DNA of 64,000 nucleotides. It comes from Lama glama (taxonomy: Eukaryota). The stretch is from NCBI GenBank assembly GCA_028534125.1, contig CM052817.1:7752001-7816000 (forward strand), read 5' to 3'. The position numbers and the translations under genes are program-made. Of the stretch, positions 63,801 through 64,000 are shown in pieces; within the stretch, counting starts at the first letter, position 1, and each line of letters opens with the position of its first letter. Under the pieces are notes generated by a model. The model did no database searches, was not told the origin of the DNA, and was given only the letters and a program-made list of their open reading frames with translations.

Positions 63801-64000
63801 CCCTCTAAGTGAGTGTTCAGCCTTTCAGGGTTTTGACCAAGTCACACAAACCCATGGGTGCCTAAATCTACTTCCAAAAGACTTGGCTTACTGAGGTGAG
63901 AATTTCAGTTGATAAAAATCCATGAATCAACAAAAGCCACTGAATATCTATAACTCATAAAACATAAATGAGATGAATATCAGGCCATACAATAAACTGT

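Overview
Mammalian genomic DNA, very probably camelid (alpaca/llama/camel). The call rests on a tRNA-Ala-derived SINE at ~48140-48302 that resembles the camelid Vic-1 family and on cetartiodactyl-type L1 3' ends. I recognise no protein-coding exon, RNA gene or prokaryote-type system. Every track ORF looks spurious or repeat-derived; the only real protein homology I see is decayed L1 ORF2. The window is a mosaic of interspersed repeats separated by unique sequence: seven 5'-truncated lineage-specific L1s (six with visible target-site duplications), older L1M copies, many MaLR/ERVL solo LTRs, MIR, L2, L3 and Tigger elements. L1 and LTR orientations are balanced, which fits intergenic DNA better than a long intron. 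The best non-repeat signal is a CpG-enriched element at ~24.85-25.39 kb carrying a perfect c-fos-type CArG box plus MEF2-like and TEAD motifs. Further muscle-type motif clusters lie at ~30 and ~32 kb, and two L2 relics are strongly GC/CpG-shifted. Subfamily names come from remembered consensus sequences, and boundaries without a TSD are approximate (tens of bp). I found no convincing new biological system.
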